A stretch of 64,000 bases of DNA from NCBI GenBank assembly GCA_964016885.1, contig OZ024740.1:129642001-129706000 (forward strand), read 5' to 3'. The notes below the pieces were generated by a model that was not told the DNA's origin, did not search any database, and was given only the letters and a program-made list of their open reading frames with translations. Shown one piece after another: positions 13,191 to 27,930 of the stretch (the first letter of the stretch is position 1; every line of letters starts with the position of its first letter). The translations under genes and the position numbers were made by a program. The stretch comes from Eledone cirrhosa (Eukaryota).

Positions 13191-14249
13191 ATCCCAAATA
13201 GCTGAAGATTTCGGCTCCTTTTAGCTTCTATCCCTTTATGATGATGTGTCGGTCGTAGTATTCTTCTTGTAGGTGCTGGCAGATACACCAATTGGGATAT
13301 ATTGTTTCTTATTTGGAGACAAGATGACGATGGATATAATAAAAGTATTGTATAACGAGCTTTTTTTGCTTGCAAACGAATCGAATATTATTATCATTAT
13401 TCAATATAAAACATAAATACGTTTATGTAATCCGCTATGTGAGAGCCAAAAATCAAATTCTAATTTTGTTTCTAATTTTCGGCAAAGCCAGCCGTGAAAT
13501 TGCTCGGCATGTAAGTGAGTCTAATTTGCCGCTGTATACATAAAAAAATGCTATATATGTTCAACAGTTCAAACGACTGGCATACAAGTACACAGTCTTG
13601 ACAAAGGGAAAACACCCAGAATCATGTTGTCTGTTATATATATATATTGCACAGATCGAATAATATACGTACTCCAAATGTATTGCAAACCTTAGTATCT
13701 TCAATAGAGAATATGAAGTTATATTTATTAATTCTCTCATAATAGTTATGACGTTTCTGCAAAGTAATTCAATAGTTCCCTAATCATATTGAGTGCTATA
13801 TCATTGTATAATAGAGTTCTCTCATATATGGAGTTAATTATTTTGTTTATATTTATATTTTTGTTTAGGGAGTTCCTTGGAGATACAGAGTATGTTAATG
13901 GATAACACTAGTACCTGAGAATGGGATGTTTCTCTATAGTATCAGTGTGGTATAATTTTAAAATATTATTAATTTTGTTTACTTAGTGCTATCTATTTGA
14001 AAAGAGATATATCCTTATAATTGCATTGTTGTAATTTCATAAAATAAGAGTTGTTTAATATGTATTTAATTTTTTTATTGAAATAAATATTCATCAATCG
14101 ATGTAAAGTACAAGAGTAGATATTGCACTTATCTAAGATATAAAAGAAAAATAACACTATTTAAGTAAACAGAAATGAAAGAAGGAAAAGCAAAGGAAAA
14201 AAATAAAAGGAACAGTGATCAAGCAAGGAAAGAAAGGGTGAAATGGAAA

Positions 14250-15720
14250 AACCGACACTAGACACCACGGGCAATGGAGCCCAGCTTTCTGTCCGAAACA
14301 ACAAGGATGGAAGTGGAGAACTGATTCTGCACGTCACGTTCCAAATTAGGTATTCGCTCTCCTCGAATGGGAAAATATTTAATGAGTCAGGGCGTTTACC
14401 ATAGCCACGATTAAGGCCAGCCGGTTCCAACTGTGAAGGGAAACCGGAGGCATTGAGGCTCCACCTAATACTGTCGTTCAGGGAAGCGTGACGAGTGAAA
14501 CGATTTGCACTAAGACGGAAAGAAATTGGGTGTAGGCAGAACGCATCGACCAGTTCCACAAAGGCATCTTTGTGGCAAGAACACCCGGTGTCCGAGTCGC
14601 TGTCCCACCCCGATGCCATGCCAGCATTACCATGAAGGGTACCGGTTGATGGAGTAGCCAACGAATGTTCTCCATCACCACTAACTGGTTCCTAGTCAGA
14701 GCGGTGGCGGCTTAGATGATGTCGGTACGAGTAAGACTTGATTAACATAAAAACAGACTTACATTTGACGTCGTCACATTTACCCTGGACATCGGTTCAC
14801 TGGGCCATCTTCACTATAAAATGAGATGAAGAAGGAGGGATGTGTTCTATGATGTGACTGGATGTGTGAGCTGCCACCTTACATGCACACCTACCTCCCC
14901 ATCCAAGCTAGACAGAGCTCAATCCTTTGCCCAGGTTAAGATCGACTGACATGCTGGCTGCTTCGGCGGCAAGTCAGCAACAGACGTTGACCATTGCAAT
15001 GGGCTCTATGCCACCATAGCTGTTGCTTAGCGTTGTCGTTGGCTTAGAAGAGAAGATCACAACCACGGCAGGTGAGATAGGTATGGAAAAGTGAGTTAGT
15101 AAAACTGGTGATGGATCGGAGTAGTCCTGTTTCAGCCTCAGCATAGTGTGGCAAGTATAGGTCTCCGAGCTGGGCGGATCACAGGCCATTCATTCCTCCG
15201 CGGCTGCTCCTTGGGAAACATCCCAGGGCTGCTGTCACAACCTCATCAGACACAACAACAAAATGGATGAAGCAGCAAAATATTCAGGGATATTTAACTC
15301 CCTGATATCGGGTGGTCGTTTCAAGTGCTTGAAGTGGAGAGCGCCAAAGGAATCTGGTAAGGATTGGAATACTGTGTCTTTCGAGGCCAACATCCACCCC
15401 GGAGTTACAACGTCACCCTCGATTAGTTTCGGATTGGCTCGGGGAAAAAGAACCTTCACACAGTGAAGAAAGGACTGCATGCGTTGTATTGGCGTACGTG
15501 GGCTGCGTGTAGAAACGAGTTGATTGGTGATACGGGGAGGGGGCGGTTGAAGGAAGTGCATATGCCTCTTAACCTCGAAGACAACGAGGAAGTCGACTCC
15601 TCCTGGTGATGGGAATCCGAAGAGCGACGCAAATTGAATCATTTATTAATGCCTTACTGTTGGTGTTGAGTGCTTTTGTCGATGGATTAGGCTTGCACGT
15701 CGGCCACGGAAGTACACGCA
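14250..15720 (-). pseudogene. CRE-like RLE non-LTR retrotransposon remnant, internally deleted
   Basis: RHASLND..LEPAGLNR..GKRPD...LIWNVTC endonuclease motif, and GGIEPIAMVNV (cf. GGIRPIAVG) at the RT start. Confidence 0.75.
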
Positions 15721-17151
15721 GCTCTGTGGTATCACTACAAAAAGCTCTTCCGAATTGGGTGTGATTAGGACATCACTCTATCGTGACTCTGTTTAAACCA
15801 GTGTCTACGAATAAATCTAGTGTGACGATGGATTCAAGCATCGTGTGCTGTGCCACTAATGAAGGAATTCAGTTGCGCGTCGCTTTGTTTTGATTGAAGA
15901 AAGGTAGAAGAAATTGTTTCGGAACATTTCCTTTCTGTTTTCCGCCGCTGACTTATATTTGTTGGTGGATTATAATTTAATGCGTTCGAGTTTGGTTAGA
16001 CAGTTTAATATTAACATTCTATTTGAACAATTATTGTCAAGACATGATATTTTCCCCCTGTACTATAATAACATATTACACTATTTAGTAATTATTATAT
16101 AGATCCCATTAAGATAGATATCCATGTAGAGAAACAACATAGACACTCACACAGACACACATCCTTCTTTCTCAACCCCACTCCCTCTCTCTATCTTACT
16201 ATTTCTGTCTCTCATACACGCACATACATACAAACCAAAAAAACATTCTGATTATTTTAGTGTGCTATAGGTAGTTCAAAATTTTAATGATTAAAATTTA
16301 CGTACATGTACAATCGAAATGTCTTAATTCATAATTTCCTAATTCATTTATTTATTCTATAATTATTATGCTCGTAATTTTACTACACAAATATATATAA
16401 TATATATGTACAAATTTACAAATTGCGAAGTAGTTAAGTTGTATTGGCTCTTTAATAGTTAGGGTTTCAAAGTGTTTTGAACGACTGTCTAGAGACGCCC
16501 AGATAAAACGTTGCATAACATGGTGTATTTTCAAATATACATTAATAAATACATTAATAAAAAGGAAGACAAATTATTATCCGTCAAATATACTACACAT
16601 TTCTGAAGGCTACCCGAAGCCATACATAGTCATGTATTAAATTATATAAATTTTGTTTGTCTAATCATAATAGCAGTCGAATTGCTGACAGAAAGGTAAG
16701 AATGAAATCAAATATATTTGTACACATATTTACTTACATATTTAAGCGAATCAGTACATTAAACTATCAGTCAATCAATATTATATCATACGTGTGTGAG
16801 TGTGTATGTGAATGTCTGTGTGGTGAGAGTGTGCATGTCTCTGTGTGTTTGTGCGTGTGTCAGTTTTTGTGTGTATGTACATTTTTAATTCTGCAAGACT
16901 GTAAGCCGGTGCAAGATACATATAGCCACATTTAATAAGAGTATGTGAAAGGCGGGGACTAGCTTGAACACAGCGTTGGGATGAGAAATAATAGATCAAA
17001 CGTAATGAAAGGAGCGAAAACTTTCCTGGTACATTACATTTGATGTATTCCAAGCTAAATCCTTTGCCTCTGACTACAGCTAGCTACTCTTGTATTCGAA
17101 TCTTTAATCCATAGCCCTCTTTTTTCTAAACCACGATACACCCGGAATAAC

Positions 17152-17185
<34 letters not shown>

Positions 17186-17189
<4 letters not shown>

Positions 17190-17317
17190 ATGTTTAACCC
17201 CGACAACAGAGCTCAAGCCGTTTCGATGGCTATTTCTGGATTAAATTAGAATTCTAATTTAGTCCAGAAATAGCCGTCGAAACGGCTTCAGTTCTGCCGT
17301 CGGGTTTAAACATTTTC
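17186..17317. repeat. 132-bp near-perfect palindrome next to (TA)n, containing the 3' half of a hammerhead-like motif
   Basis: Centre TTAGAA|TTCTAA at 17251/17252. The arms match with few mismatches. Confidence 0.9.
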
Positions 17318-18588
17318 CTATTACCCACTCTACTACCCTAAGTACTGATTACTCTGGTGCGTTATGCTCCATCTGGTTCCTTACCACACTTGCTTCGTTA
17401 TATATATATATACATTATATCATAAATATATATCTTTATCACACACATACACACAAATCCATATACATATATATATATATATATATATATCCAGACCGAT
17501 CGTAAGCAATTAAATACCTTAAACACAATTTGATTGTTATCTATGTTTATATATATATATATATTAGGTATAGGGGGCCTGGTCGAAAAATATATTACAT
17601 TCCCCATTGCATGTTGCAAAAACTAGTGTGATTATCCTGTGACCTGGCCTGGAAGGCATGCCATGACCGCAAAAAAGTTTCATAACACGTGACCCCAAAA
17701 AGTATTCAGAGGAGAACACACTTTAACAGAAGCCATTTTATAAATGTATTATGTCAGAAGTCATTCTTTTGTCCGTCTAGTCAATTTAATTATGTTAGAA
17801 CTGAGCACAGTCGTGTTGGTTCCATCCTTGACAACGGCGATTATTCAGTTCTATATTAGTTAATAATATTAATTATTATTTGTTATGTGTTCATTCAAAA
17901 ATAGTTCTTACGAATATGTATTAAATCCAATTGATGCCTTGAATTCCTGGACATTACTTTAGTGTATAGTACGACAGACCTTCATATATCTTGTATTTTC
18001 AAACTATCGTCCGTTTGTGTTGCAGCATTCCGCATCTAAAGATGTCTGCACCCCTACTTTCATATACAATTATATATATTCACTTATAAATATTGAATCT
18101 CTTTAAAAAGTTTAGTTAGTTATTTTTTTATTTACTCATGGGATATTCGTAAACAGAGATGTCGCTTGAAGAAAAAATGTTAGCGTCACTACTTTTAATC
18201 GTATTACTTTTTATGTTTGATGAGTGGTGAATTTTGTGAGAGATTACACCTCTCTTGTTGGAAGTACGCATTATCTTAAATATAAGAATGAATGACGGAG
18301 AGTAGAAAAAGGTAGAGTTAAGTGAGAAAAATGTGAATAGAAAGAAATTCTATTTTAAAAGAAATCAGCCACTTCGTACATTAGAGTGTAGAAGGGATAA
18401 AAATGGCTGCTTATAGCTTAAATGCTTCGTGAAGAAACAAGAAAAAGGAGCGTTTTTATCCCATACAGGGAAAATTATATTTTTTCTGATCGTGGTAAAG
18501 TTGTTTATTATATATTTTTACTTCATAGGTTTTTAAGAAATGTCTGCTATTTGTCAGCGATTGAAAGATTATATATATATATATACAC

Positions 18589-18680
<92 letters not shown>

Positions 18681-18951
18681 TTATTTATTTATTTATTTAT
18701 ATATATAATCTTTCAATCGCTGACATATATATATATATATATACGCACGCACAGGCACACACGGATACATATATGTGTGTGAGTGTGGATGTATGTGTGC
18801 GTGTTTGTGTGTGTGTTTGTATGTATGTGTCTGTGTGTTTTTGCGTGTGGGTATGTATATGTTCATACGTGTGTATATGTGTACATATTCATAAGTATAT
18901 ATGTATTCTCAGGCTCATTATTGCTAATGTTGTTATTAATAACATTATCAA

Positions 18952-19151
18952 TGCGGTGGAAATGGCAGAAAGAAACATTAGAGCGTCTGAAAAAAAGGAT
19001 TTGCGGCTTAGCGTTACGACCCTTTACCTTCTGAGTTGAAATCTCACCGACGTTAACTTTGCGTTTTTTGCTTACAGGGTCGATAAAATAAAGAGCCAGT
19101 AATGCATTGTGATCGATTTTTCGATATTTACCTCAACCTAAATTGCTGGCC
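18952..19151 (+). mobile_element. SINE family A copy
   Basis: Same head and core as 10922. Confidence 0.65.
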
Positions 19152-19384
19152 AATTTAGCTCCTGAATTTTTCAATTATTCTCAATATCATTTTGATTCAC
19201 CCTGTAGTCACACAGTGAAGCCATATCCACAATACATGCCTTGTTATTCTTCTTTCCTATGACAGAAATATTAGGCTTTCTAGCCTATGATAAAATGGTC
19301 ACATTTTATGGTCATGTCCTACAATATCTCATTTTCAGCCACTCTTTCCGGTTGGTGTTCAAAGTATTTCTCATTTAAGCACAT

Positions 19385-19792
19385 TGGCAAAATCGGTAGA
19401 GAGTTGGTCAATATGCTTTTCAGCATAGAGTTCCCGTCTTTACGTACTGAGTTGAAATCCCGTCTGGTTTAGGTTTGTTTTATCCTTACAGAGTCGATAA
19501 AATAGAGTACCTTCCACACACTGTAGTCGATTGCATCAACATTCACTTACTCTAAATTTCTGACCTTGTGCCTGTAGTAGAAATCCTTATTAGTATTATT
19601 ATTCGATTGGCAGTATCTGTAGAGGGTGGACGCCATGCTTTGTATATTAGAGTTACACCCTTTTACTGTCTGAGTCCAAATCTCGGCGAGGTTAACTTTG
19701 CCTTTCATCCTTGGAAGAAAGCCAGCAATTATCCCAGTAATGCACTAGGATAATTGCTGGCCTTGTGCCAAATGTAGATGCAAATATTATTA
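19385..19792 (+). mobile_element. Two adjacent SINE family A copies (19385-19600, 19607-19792)
   Basis: Same head, core and tail, with (ATT)n ends. Confidence 0.65.
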
Positions 19793-20568
19793 TCATTACA
19801 TTGAGGACGGTCAAATTCCTTCATCCATATATTTATTTTCCTACTCGGTGGTGTGGAGGTTGTAGTTTGTTTAGTGATTATTATCATTTCAAATGTTTTG
19901 ACCCTAGACGTACTTATTGTACATAACACAAATACCAATCTGTACTTAGCTCATATCCTCCTCGGATGGTCTCTGATGTCACTTTCTGTTTATGAATGCC
20001 TCATTACCTCACTGAAACATGATTATGTATGTCCAGTTGGAAATGCCAGTCCTCAAACACCTATACCTACACACATATATAAACACAGCAATTTAAAAAT
20101 TTGGCGCAATAACGCACACACACATACATATGCACACACAGACATAAATACGTGAATGAACACATGCACTCACACACACAAACACATACGAACATGAAAA
20201 TATGTATACATATATGCACAGGAATATTCCTGCCTATGCACAGAACATTTATATAGGCCCACATACAGAAAAAGAAATACGGCGATGTTTATATATACGC
20301 ATAGGCACGCCAATGGCAAAAAGTACTGTATATTTCCTAGGATAGCCAATCTGAAGAGCAGATCTATAATAGAGGCATCTCCATAATTTCTATGGTTGAC
20401 CGTGAGCTACTCGTCTGCGAAAAGCGTGTAACAATGAAACTATATTTAAACGAAACTTCATCGTTTTTCTTTATATATATATATATATATACAAAGGGCG
20501 AGAGAGAGGGAGGTAGAGTGAGAGAGAACGAGAGAGAGAGAGGGAGAGAGAGGGAGATAGATAGAGAG

Positions 20569-20610
<42 letters not shown>

Positions 20611-21086
20611 GTGTATATGATAGGAGAGAGATGGGAAAAGAGAGAAATGGAGAGAAAGGAAGTGCACGGTATTGAGAGAGATATATAGAAAGAGATAGAG
20701 AGAGAGATGTTTATATATAAAGAGATTCGGTCCGAGACACCAGTTGAGAAAAACAAAATACTAATCGAAAAGGAATTCAATACAAGAATATATTAAAGAA
20801 ATAAAAGAGATAGGAATATAAACGATGCATATGTACTCACATAGCCACCTAGAAAAACAATTTCGAATTTTAAAAAAAAGTGATGTTTTGTTACGTGTGT
20901 AAACATAAGCTTCTTTATCATTTTTTTTTTACCAGATCTGTTAACGTCTTGAATATTTCTGAAAATATTTACAATTACACTTAAAGTTATCCATCATAAC
21001 ACATACACATATCTATAATAACGAAATAAATAAATATGTAATAATTATAGTAGAATATGTCTCCGAAAACACAAATATATATATTA

Positions 21087-21673
21087 CTATCAGTGGTACC
21101 CGGCGATGCACGGGATAATATATGTTGGAACACATAATCGTGGAAAAACTGCATGCCTGGACAATATGTAAAGAAAATAAACATAATACTCTGATGGCTG
21201 GATAATCTTTAAGATTTTCCTCAATGAAGCAGAAAAATGCAGATTTTCACCTAATGTGGGCGCTAGGAGATCAAGAAAATTATTTTTCTTCATGTGCATA
21301 ATATGCCTTGAAATTCGGCAAAAATCGGCTAGATGCCTCCAAAAAGCCCTAAAAATCTGAACAAAATAACATTTTCACCTAATGCGGGCCCTAGGCCACA
21401 CAAAGTTGGATTTTCCTTACTCACGGTATGAAGAAGAGACTGGCTAATACATGGTTACAATTTTAAGGAAATCGGTCTGACATAACGCCTCAAAAAACCC
21501 ATAAAAAGCTTAAAAAACGCAGTTTTTCACCTAATGCGGGCCCTATGATTTCAAGGAGTGGAATTCCTGTGTGTGCATAACACTCATTGAAAGATAAGAA
21601 ATACACATGTAAAATTTGAAAAAAAATCATTTGGGTACTTCTCGAGTTTTAGGGATTCAAACTCTCTCACACA

Positions 21674-21714
<41 letters not shown>

Positions 21715-22019
21715 ATACACATACACACACACATACATCATCAGGGATGTGACGTAATGCAGATAGACAGACAGACATAGGATATTATAAGGGCGGGACG
21801 TCATACCTATGTATCTATCTAAAAAGTGAAAGACTAAGAATTATAGAGAGAGATCGCTAAATGCGGTCCCTAACGCATTGGACATTTGAAATCTGTTTTG
21901 CTCAGGACATTCTCTGAAACATAAGTATTACATGTGTAAAGTTTGAAAACAGTCGGTTGGGTGCTTCTCGAGATTTAGGGATTCAAACTCACACACACAG
22001 ACAGTTTTATATATATAGA
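21087..22019 (-). mobile_element. Non-autonomous Helitron
   Basis: Minus strand starts A|TCTATATATATAAAA and ends with the hairpin CCCGTGCATCGCCGGG then ATAG|T (degenerate CTAG). Contains internal repeats of TTTTCACCTAATGCGGGCCCTA and a (CA)n tract. Confidence 0.7.
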
Positions 22020-22743
22020 TTATATTATACTTTCAATATTTTAACTTGTTCTGCCAGTAGAACACGGCTATTCATATATATATATATAATATTAGGGATA
22101 CTATTTATGGTTATGTATATATTAAAACTGTTATAGTTATGTATATTTTAAACCCTAAACAGTGAATGTCAGTAATTTATTACTACCTTATTACCAGTAA
22201 GATAAATAGCTCAATGTAATAACATCAATTGTTCTTGTTATTTTTATTTTTCTGCACACATACTTTTTTGTTCTATATGAACAATACCTTACCACTACAA
22301 CCACCATAATAATCTTGCTTACCCGCTTAAAGTGATTGTTACGTGTAACACCCTGCCACACAATAATAGTATAAACATGAGACACACTTTCATATTCCAC
22401 GTGTAACTAACGCATACACTACCTACTAGACCTGACTTTCAAACTATGCTCTTGTATTATCTGTGTTATCTGCCGAATGTATTTTAATTTTTATTTTTAT
22501 TTTAATTTTGATTTTGATTGATTTTGATTTCGAATTTGAATTGCTGTGCAAAGATAGTATAGTATAATATATTCCACTCCACTGTACATCAATATATATA
22601 TATGGATCTGTATGTCTCTTGCGTTGGAAAGGAGGTCAATTATGTGTACAAACATTGAAAAATGCTCCGAAGAATCTAAGCCTAGGTTTGGATGAAACAA
22701 TTGTAAGTGAATAAATGCTTTGAACATAGCTTTGATTCTTGTG

Positions 22744-22821
<78 letters not shown>

Positions 22822-22865
22822 GTATGTATGTATATATATATATGCAGGATTCGTTTTTCAATTTG

Positions 22866-23067
22866 TTTTGCGAGATTTTGTTATCTGAAGACGTGTGTTG
22901 AAACATATAATCATATTCGCTGGGAGGGTCATGTTGCCAATAAAATCACACGTACATTTTTGTTACAAATCACACATCTTTCCGGTTACCGAACCAACCA
23001 ACCAGGTGAAAACCAACCAAGGCGTATGGTTTTCTTGGCAACATGACTCTCCCAAAGTATAATTATA

Positions 23068-23068
<1 letters not shown>
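22866..23068. mobile_element. Short remnant of a Naiad-like pLTR end with inverted termini, in (TA)n
   Basis: TTTTGCGAG...GTGTGTTGAAACA...GGGAGGGTCAT resembles the reverse complement of 59465-59533. 22905-22939 is inverted at 23035-23068. Confidence 0.55.
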
Positions 23069-23127
<59 letters not shown>

Positions 23128-23139
23128 GTATGAATTAAA

Positions 23140-23176
<37 letters not shown>

Positions 23177-23656
23177 TAAACGGAAAAGAAAATGCTGACA
23201 AATTGTTCACTGTGAAAAATAGTTTAATTAGGAATAAGTGAGAATTAGTAATAGTATTGGTTAGTATTCAGTTTTGGTTTTAAGTTTTACCGGTTGCGCA
23301 TTTCTAATGCTTTTCAAAAATAATTTTGAGATAGAGTGTCCGTGATGTTTGCTCTAATCTGATCAGTTTTGGAAATTCTACCTGTTTTATGTGAAAAAAG
23401 TGGCTCCAGAGGTATTAAGTTTTGGTTGGTTGTTGAATGTCGCATGAATGAGTACTATAAGTTTCGCGCCAATTCGTGTTGCAAACATTCTTGTAGTGAA
23501 AACAAGTTTGATTGGTCGGTGGAGGTGACGTGAATGTTAAAGATTGATTTTGCGCCAAATGTATGTTTGTCGTAGAGTGTCCTTTTTCGCCTGATTGAGA
23601 AGTCACTGAAAAATAAATATTTTAAGACAAACATGTGTGTGTGTGTGTGTGTGTAG

Positions 23657-23726
<70 letters not shown>

Positions 23727-24150
23727 GGTGGTTGCCAACTCGTTTTCGAGTACGGCCACTACTTTATATCCATGTAGGAGTACCTCCTGCCGATGCGCTG
23801 AACAACTGTGACCTTTTAGTCCAGCCAGCAACATGAAAACTCTGGTACAAACACTACACTAGTGACAATTATTGACACATAGTGCTGGGTCCATGGTACC
23901 ATGTGACGACAAGTGCAGAGAGATCTCCAGATAAAGCAATACCTGTGCCGTGAAGCTTTTATAGTGAGCAAAGGCACTGGACAAAGCCAGTCCCACTCTC
24001 TTAACCAAGATGATATTTACCAAAAAGAACAAGTCAACATCATTGGATACCATGAGGGTTGCAGGTGTTATATCAGAGTTTTCCTTCTAGAATTCTGCCT
24101 TGACAAAGGCTAAGTGGTCATCTCTTACATATAAACATACATACGCAAAC

Positions 24151-24181
<31 letters not shown>

Positions 24182-24225
24182 AGTGTGTGTGTATGTATGT
24201 ATGTTTCTCTATATATATATGTATG

Positions 24226-24258
<33 letters not shown>

Positions 24259-24266
24259 GTATGTAC

Positions 24267-24307
<41 letters not shown>

Positions 24308-24333
24308 TATGAATATATATATAAGTATGTATG

Positions 24334-24364
<31 letters not shown>

Positions 24365-24908
24365 ATATATGGAATGGCGATAGGCAATGATGTACTAGAT
24401 TACGCATAAACACATAAATATTACGAGTTTGTGTACATGGTAACAACAGTATTACTGATTTCATTCGTACTTACATATATAAGCTTACATAGACTAGTAC
24501 GTATGCATAAAACAACCGCACACATATTTGCAGATAGTTATACATTAAATTGTTTATATCTAAACTGTGATGTTTCTTATCCAAGCAATCTGTTTTTTGG
24601 TTTTGTTTTTTTGACCGTGTTTTTCTTGGTGACCTTATTTTGTCTCCTATCAATTACATTTGAAATAGGGTGTCATGAATAACTTATCCAAATTCTTGCT
24701 TCTGCTACTATTGCTCTAGCTGTTGCTGCTGCTCTTACTGCTGCAGCCTATGTTAAATGAGTAGCAGATTTTCCTTTTGGTTGGTAGTGGTTGCCGAAGT
24801 TGCTGTATTGTAGAAAGAATCAACGTGGCGGCGTTTTATAATATTGCTGACATTAACAAAACTACTAAATACTGTTGACACTTGCAAATATTTAAAATGA
24901 CGCTCTTG

Positions 24909-25020
<112 letters not shown>

Positions 25021-25439
25021 GCTGAATAACATAAATCTCTTTGAAAAGAACTTTGAAATGTTCGCACACTGGAGGAGCCTTTTAAAAATGAAAATGGTTC
25101 ATACATATATGACACGCACGCTATTTGAATGTTTTACAACACAAATCCCTCTCTGGTGCACGTGAGCCTCTTTTGATCAATTTTGAGATCAGTGAGTGGC
25201 TCGTGGGAAATGATCTAAGATAACAAATAATTCGTATCCTGGCAGCAAAAAGATACGAATGGCACTTTCCTGTAAAAGAATAAGACAAAGCCTCCCAGTC
25301 CATCGACAATAAAATGGCTGAAAATCAATTTTTTTACGTTAATTTCTACAGAAAAACATGCTATTCAAAATATTCACTAGGCAAACACACGAAAAAATAT
25401 ATAAGAACAAACATACACACACACACACGCACACACACT

Positions 25440-25596
<157 letters not shown>

Positions 25597-25626
25597 CGAC
25601 ATTGTTACTAATCAAGGGTGGTTTAT

Positions 25627-25748
25627 TGGCAGACTTGGTAGAGGGTCGGACGCCATGATTTTTAGCATAGAGTTACGTCCCTTTACGGTATGAGTTCAAA
25701 TCCCGCCGAGGTTAACTTTGCCTTTAATCTTTATGGGGTTGATAAAAT
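25627..25748 (+). mobile_element. SINE family A copy, 3'-truncated
   Basis: Head, B-box and core present. Confidence 0.65.
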
Positions 25749-25891
25749 GATGAGGCAGAAAGAATGATTCTAAGAAATTCTCCGATGCACTAACGACGCT
25801 GCTAATTCACAGCTGTGTAATAATTGTCCTTGAGAGAAACACAGTTGAATAATTCTGGGAAACCATATGAAAAACCAGTAGCTATCTACAT

Positions 25892-25937
<46 letters not shown>

Positions 25938-25950
25938 CATATATATATAT

Positions 25951-26078
25951 AGGGGTGGGTAAAGTAGATTAAATCGTACTACTACTTTATTTTATCGACG
26001 CCATAAGGATGAAAGGCAAAACAAACTTCGCAGAACGTAACAATGCAACGAAGCAAGGTGCCGATTCTCAACCGATAC
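25951..26078 (-). mobile_element. SINE family A-related copy
   Basis: TTTTATCGACGCCATAAGGATGAAAGGCAAA is the reverse complement of the core. Confidence 0.6.
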
Positions 26079-26080
26079 TA

Positions 26081-26130
<50 letters not shown>

Positions 26131-26133
<3 letters not shown>

Positions 26134-27046
26134 TTATCTATAAAAGGCAGATAATTGGTGTTGTGTGTGTGTGATGCATGTTCCATGTTTATACATTTGC
26201 ATAATTTCAAACCCATTCGACTCAACGTCTGGAGGAATGTTGTAAATGTTCTAACTTAGGTCACCGACTATTGATCTCATTCAGAGTCACCCATAATTAC
26301 GGAGATAATCCATAAAACTAAATACATGACGCTTTACCTCTCTAATACAATCAGTTTACCTCTGTCTACTCCTCTTAAAATTCGATAAAACTACATATAT
26401 GCTGCAACTTGCTCTGGTATACGATTAACCTTACACACTTTAAGAGAGAGAGAGAGAGAACGTTTGTTTTTGAGTGTGGAACGGTCAAACATGTATTTAC
26501 TTCAATGACAAAGAGAACTTATTACATTTCATACGAAACAACAATTATTCAAAAGCAACAAATGCATTTATTCAACAACAACAAAAATAGCGATAAATCT
26601 GTTTTAAAATATCTATCAACGAACGTGGAAGAAATAAGAATCAGTTCATTTACTATACACAAGAATATCCTCTATGAGGTCACTAAACCTGCTAGAAACA
26701 TCAGCTAACTCTCCCCCATATCACACCACTCCCTACTTAAATTTAGAAAACACACATTAGACAACCATGCAGAACAACTCCATCGCAGCTATATTGTTCG
26801 GCTGGCATCGTCTACACGCGTGTTGCGCAAGTACTGTGAAACAATAAATTTGAACACTTCTTTACACAGAGATAATATCAATAGGCGAAACTACAATTGT
26901 CACTGCTGGCGCAGCTCCTGCTTCGGCAGTGCAGCTTTGCAATGCAACCAGTGCATGGCAGACAAAGAAGTGCTGCCATAACATGGGTGGTTCAACCTAA
27001 CTTTTTGTAACTTACTGACCCCGAGCAACGCCGGGCGTTAATGCTA

Positions 27047-27047
<1 letters not shown>
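26131..27047 (+). mobile_element. Non-autonomous Helitron
   Basis: A|TC start in (TA)n, 3' hairpin CCCGAGCAACGCCGGG and CTAG|T end. The 3' ~240 bp are repeated at 33245-33479. Confidence 0.75.
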
Positions 27048-27118
<71 letters not shown>

Positions 27119-27120
<2 letters not shown>

Positions 27121-27930
27121 TTTAGTATATCTACTAACATATGCGTACAGATGTACACTAATGCCAGCAAATACATAAGTTATGTCATAGTACCTAGGTG
27201 GTTCAATGCAGGAGGATGCAGAACAATAATATGAAAGACGTAAAATAAGAAAATTTAAAAAAAAAATTAAAAAAATGAACTTACTTACTAACATTTTCAC
27301 TCCAACTAATTAGTTTCTGTAATGGGATAAAGACAGTTACGTAATATAACCGTCGAGAATTCATTACGTCATCAGGGAGTCTATTCTCAGCTAAGTCTCC
27401 AGGCAATGCGCGGACACTGGGGACTCATATAAACATAATAATAATTCGGTAGATGGAACAGCTAGCGGGGACTGGATTCCATGCACTGAAAAGCACGCTG
27501 TCTCTGGTCAAATGGCAGATTCTAAAGAATCAATCACATGACACTGAGGCTAGTCGGAAGGAGTGGGATGGTAAGATGACAGAAGCCTCTTACCACACCA
27601 ATGAATTAGTAGTAGTTTTGGCAGGTTTGCTAAACAAATAAATAATTTGGAGATAAATATAGAGAATTTAGTATATCTACTAACATATGCGTACAGATGT
27701 ACACTAATGCCAGCAAATACATAAGTTATGTCATAGTACCTAGGTGGTTCAATGCAGGGGGATGCAGAACAATAATATGAAAGACGTAAAATAAGAACAT
27801 TTTTGAAAAAAAATTAAAAAAATTAACTTACGAAAATTTTCACTCAAACTAATTAGTTTCTGTAATGGGATAAAGACAGTTACGTAATATAACCGTCGAG
27901 AATTCATTATAAATTTTCTTATTTTACGTC

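Noticed and set aside
21244-21550. Spaced repeats superficially like a CRISPR array
   Set aside because: Eukaryotic context, the spacers are mutually similar, and there are no cas genes; these are Helitron internal repeats.
22884-22905. CTGAAGA-CGTGTGTT-GAAAC as a hammerhead
   Set aside because: No stem II or stem I, and the homologous Naiad terminus lacks the core.
23440-23480. Minus-strand GAAAC-TTATA-GTA hammerhead half
   Set aside because: No matching CUGANGA found upstream.
23725-24120. Possible transposase fragment
   Set aside because: Coding-like composition, but no motif I could assign.
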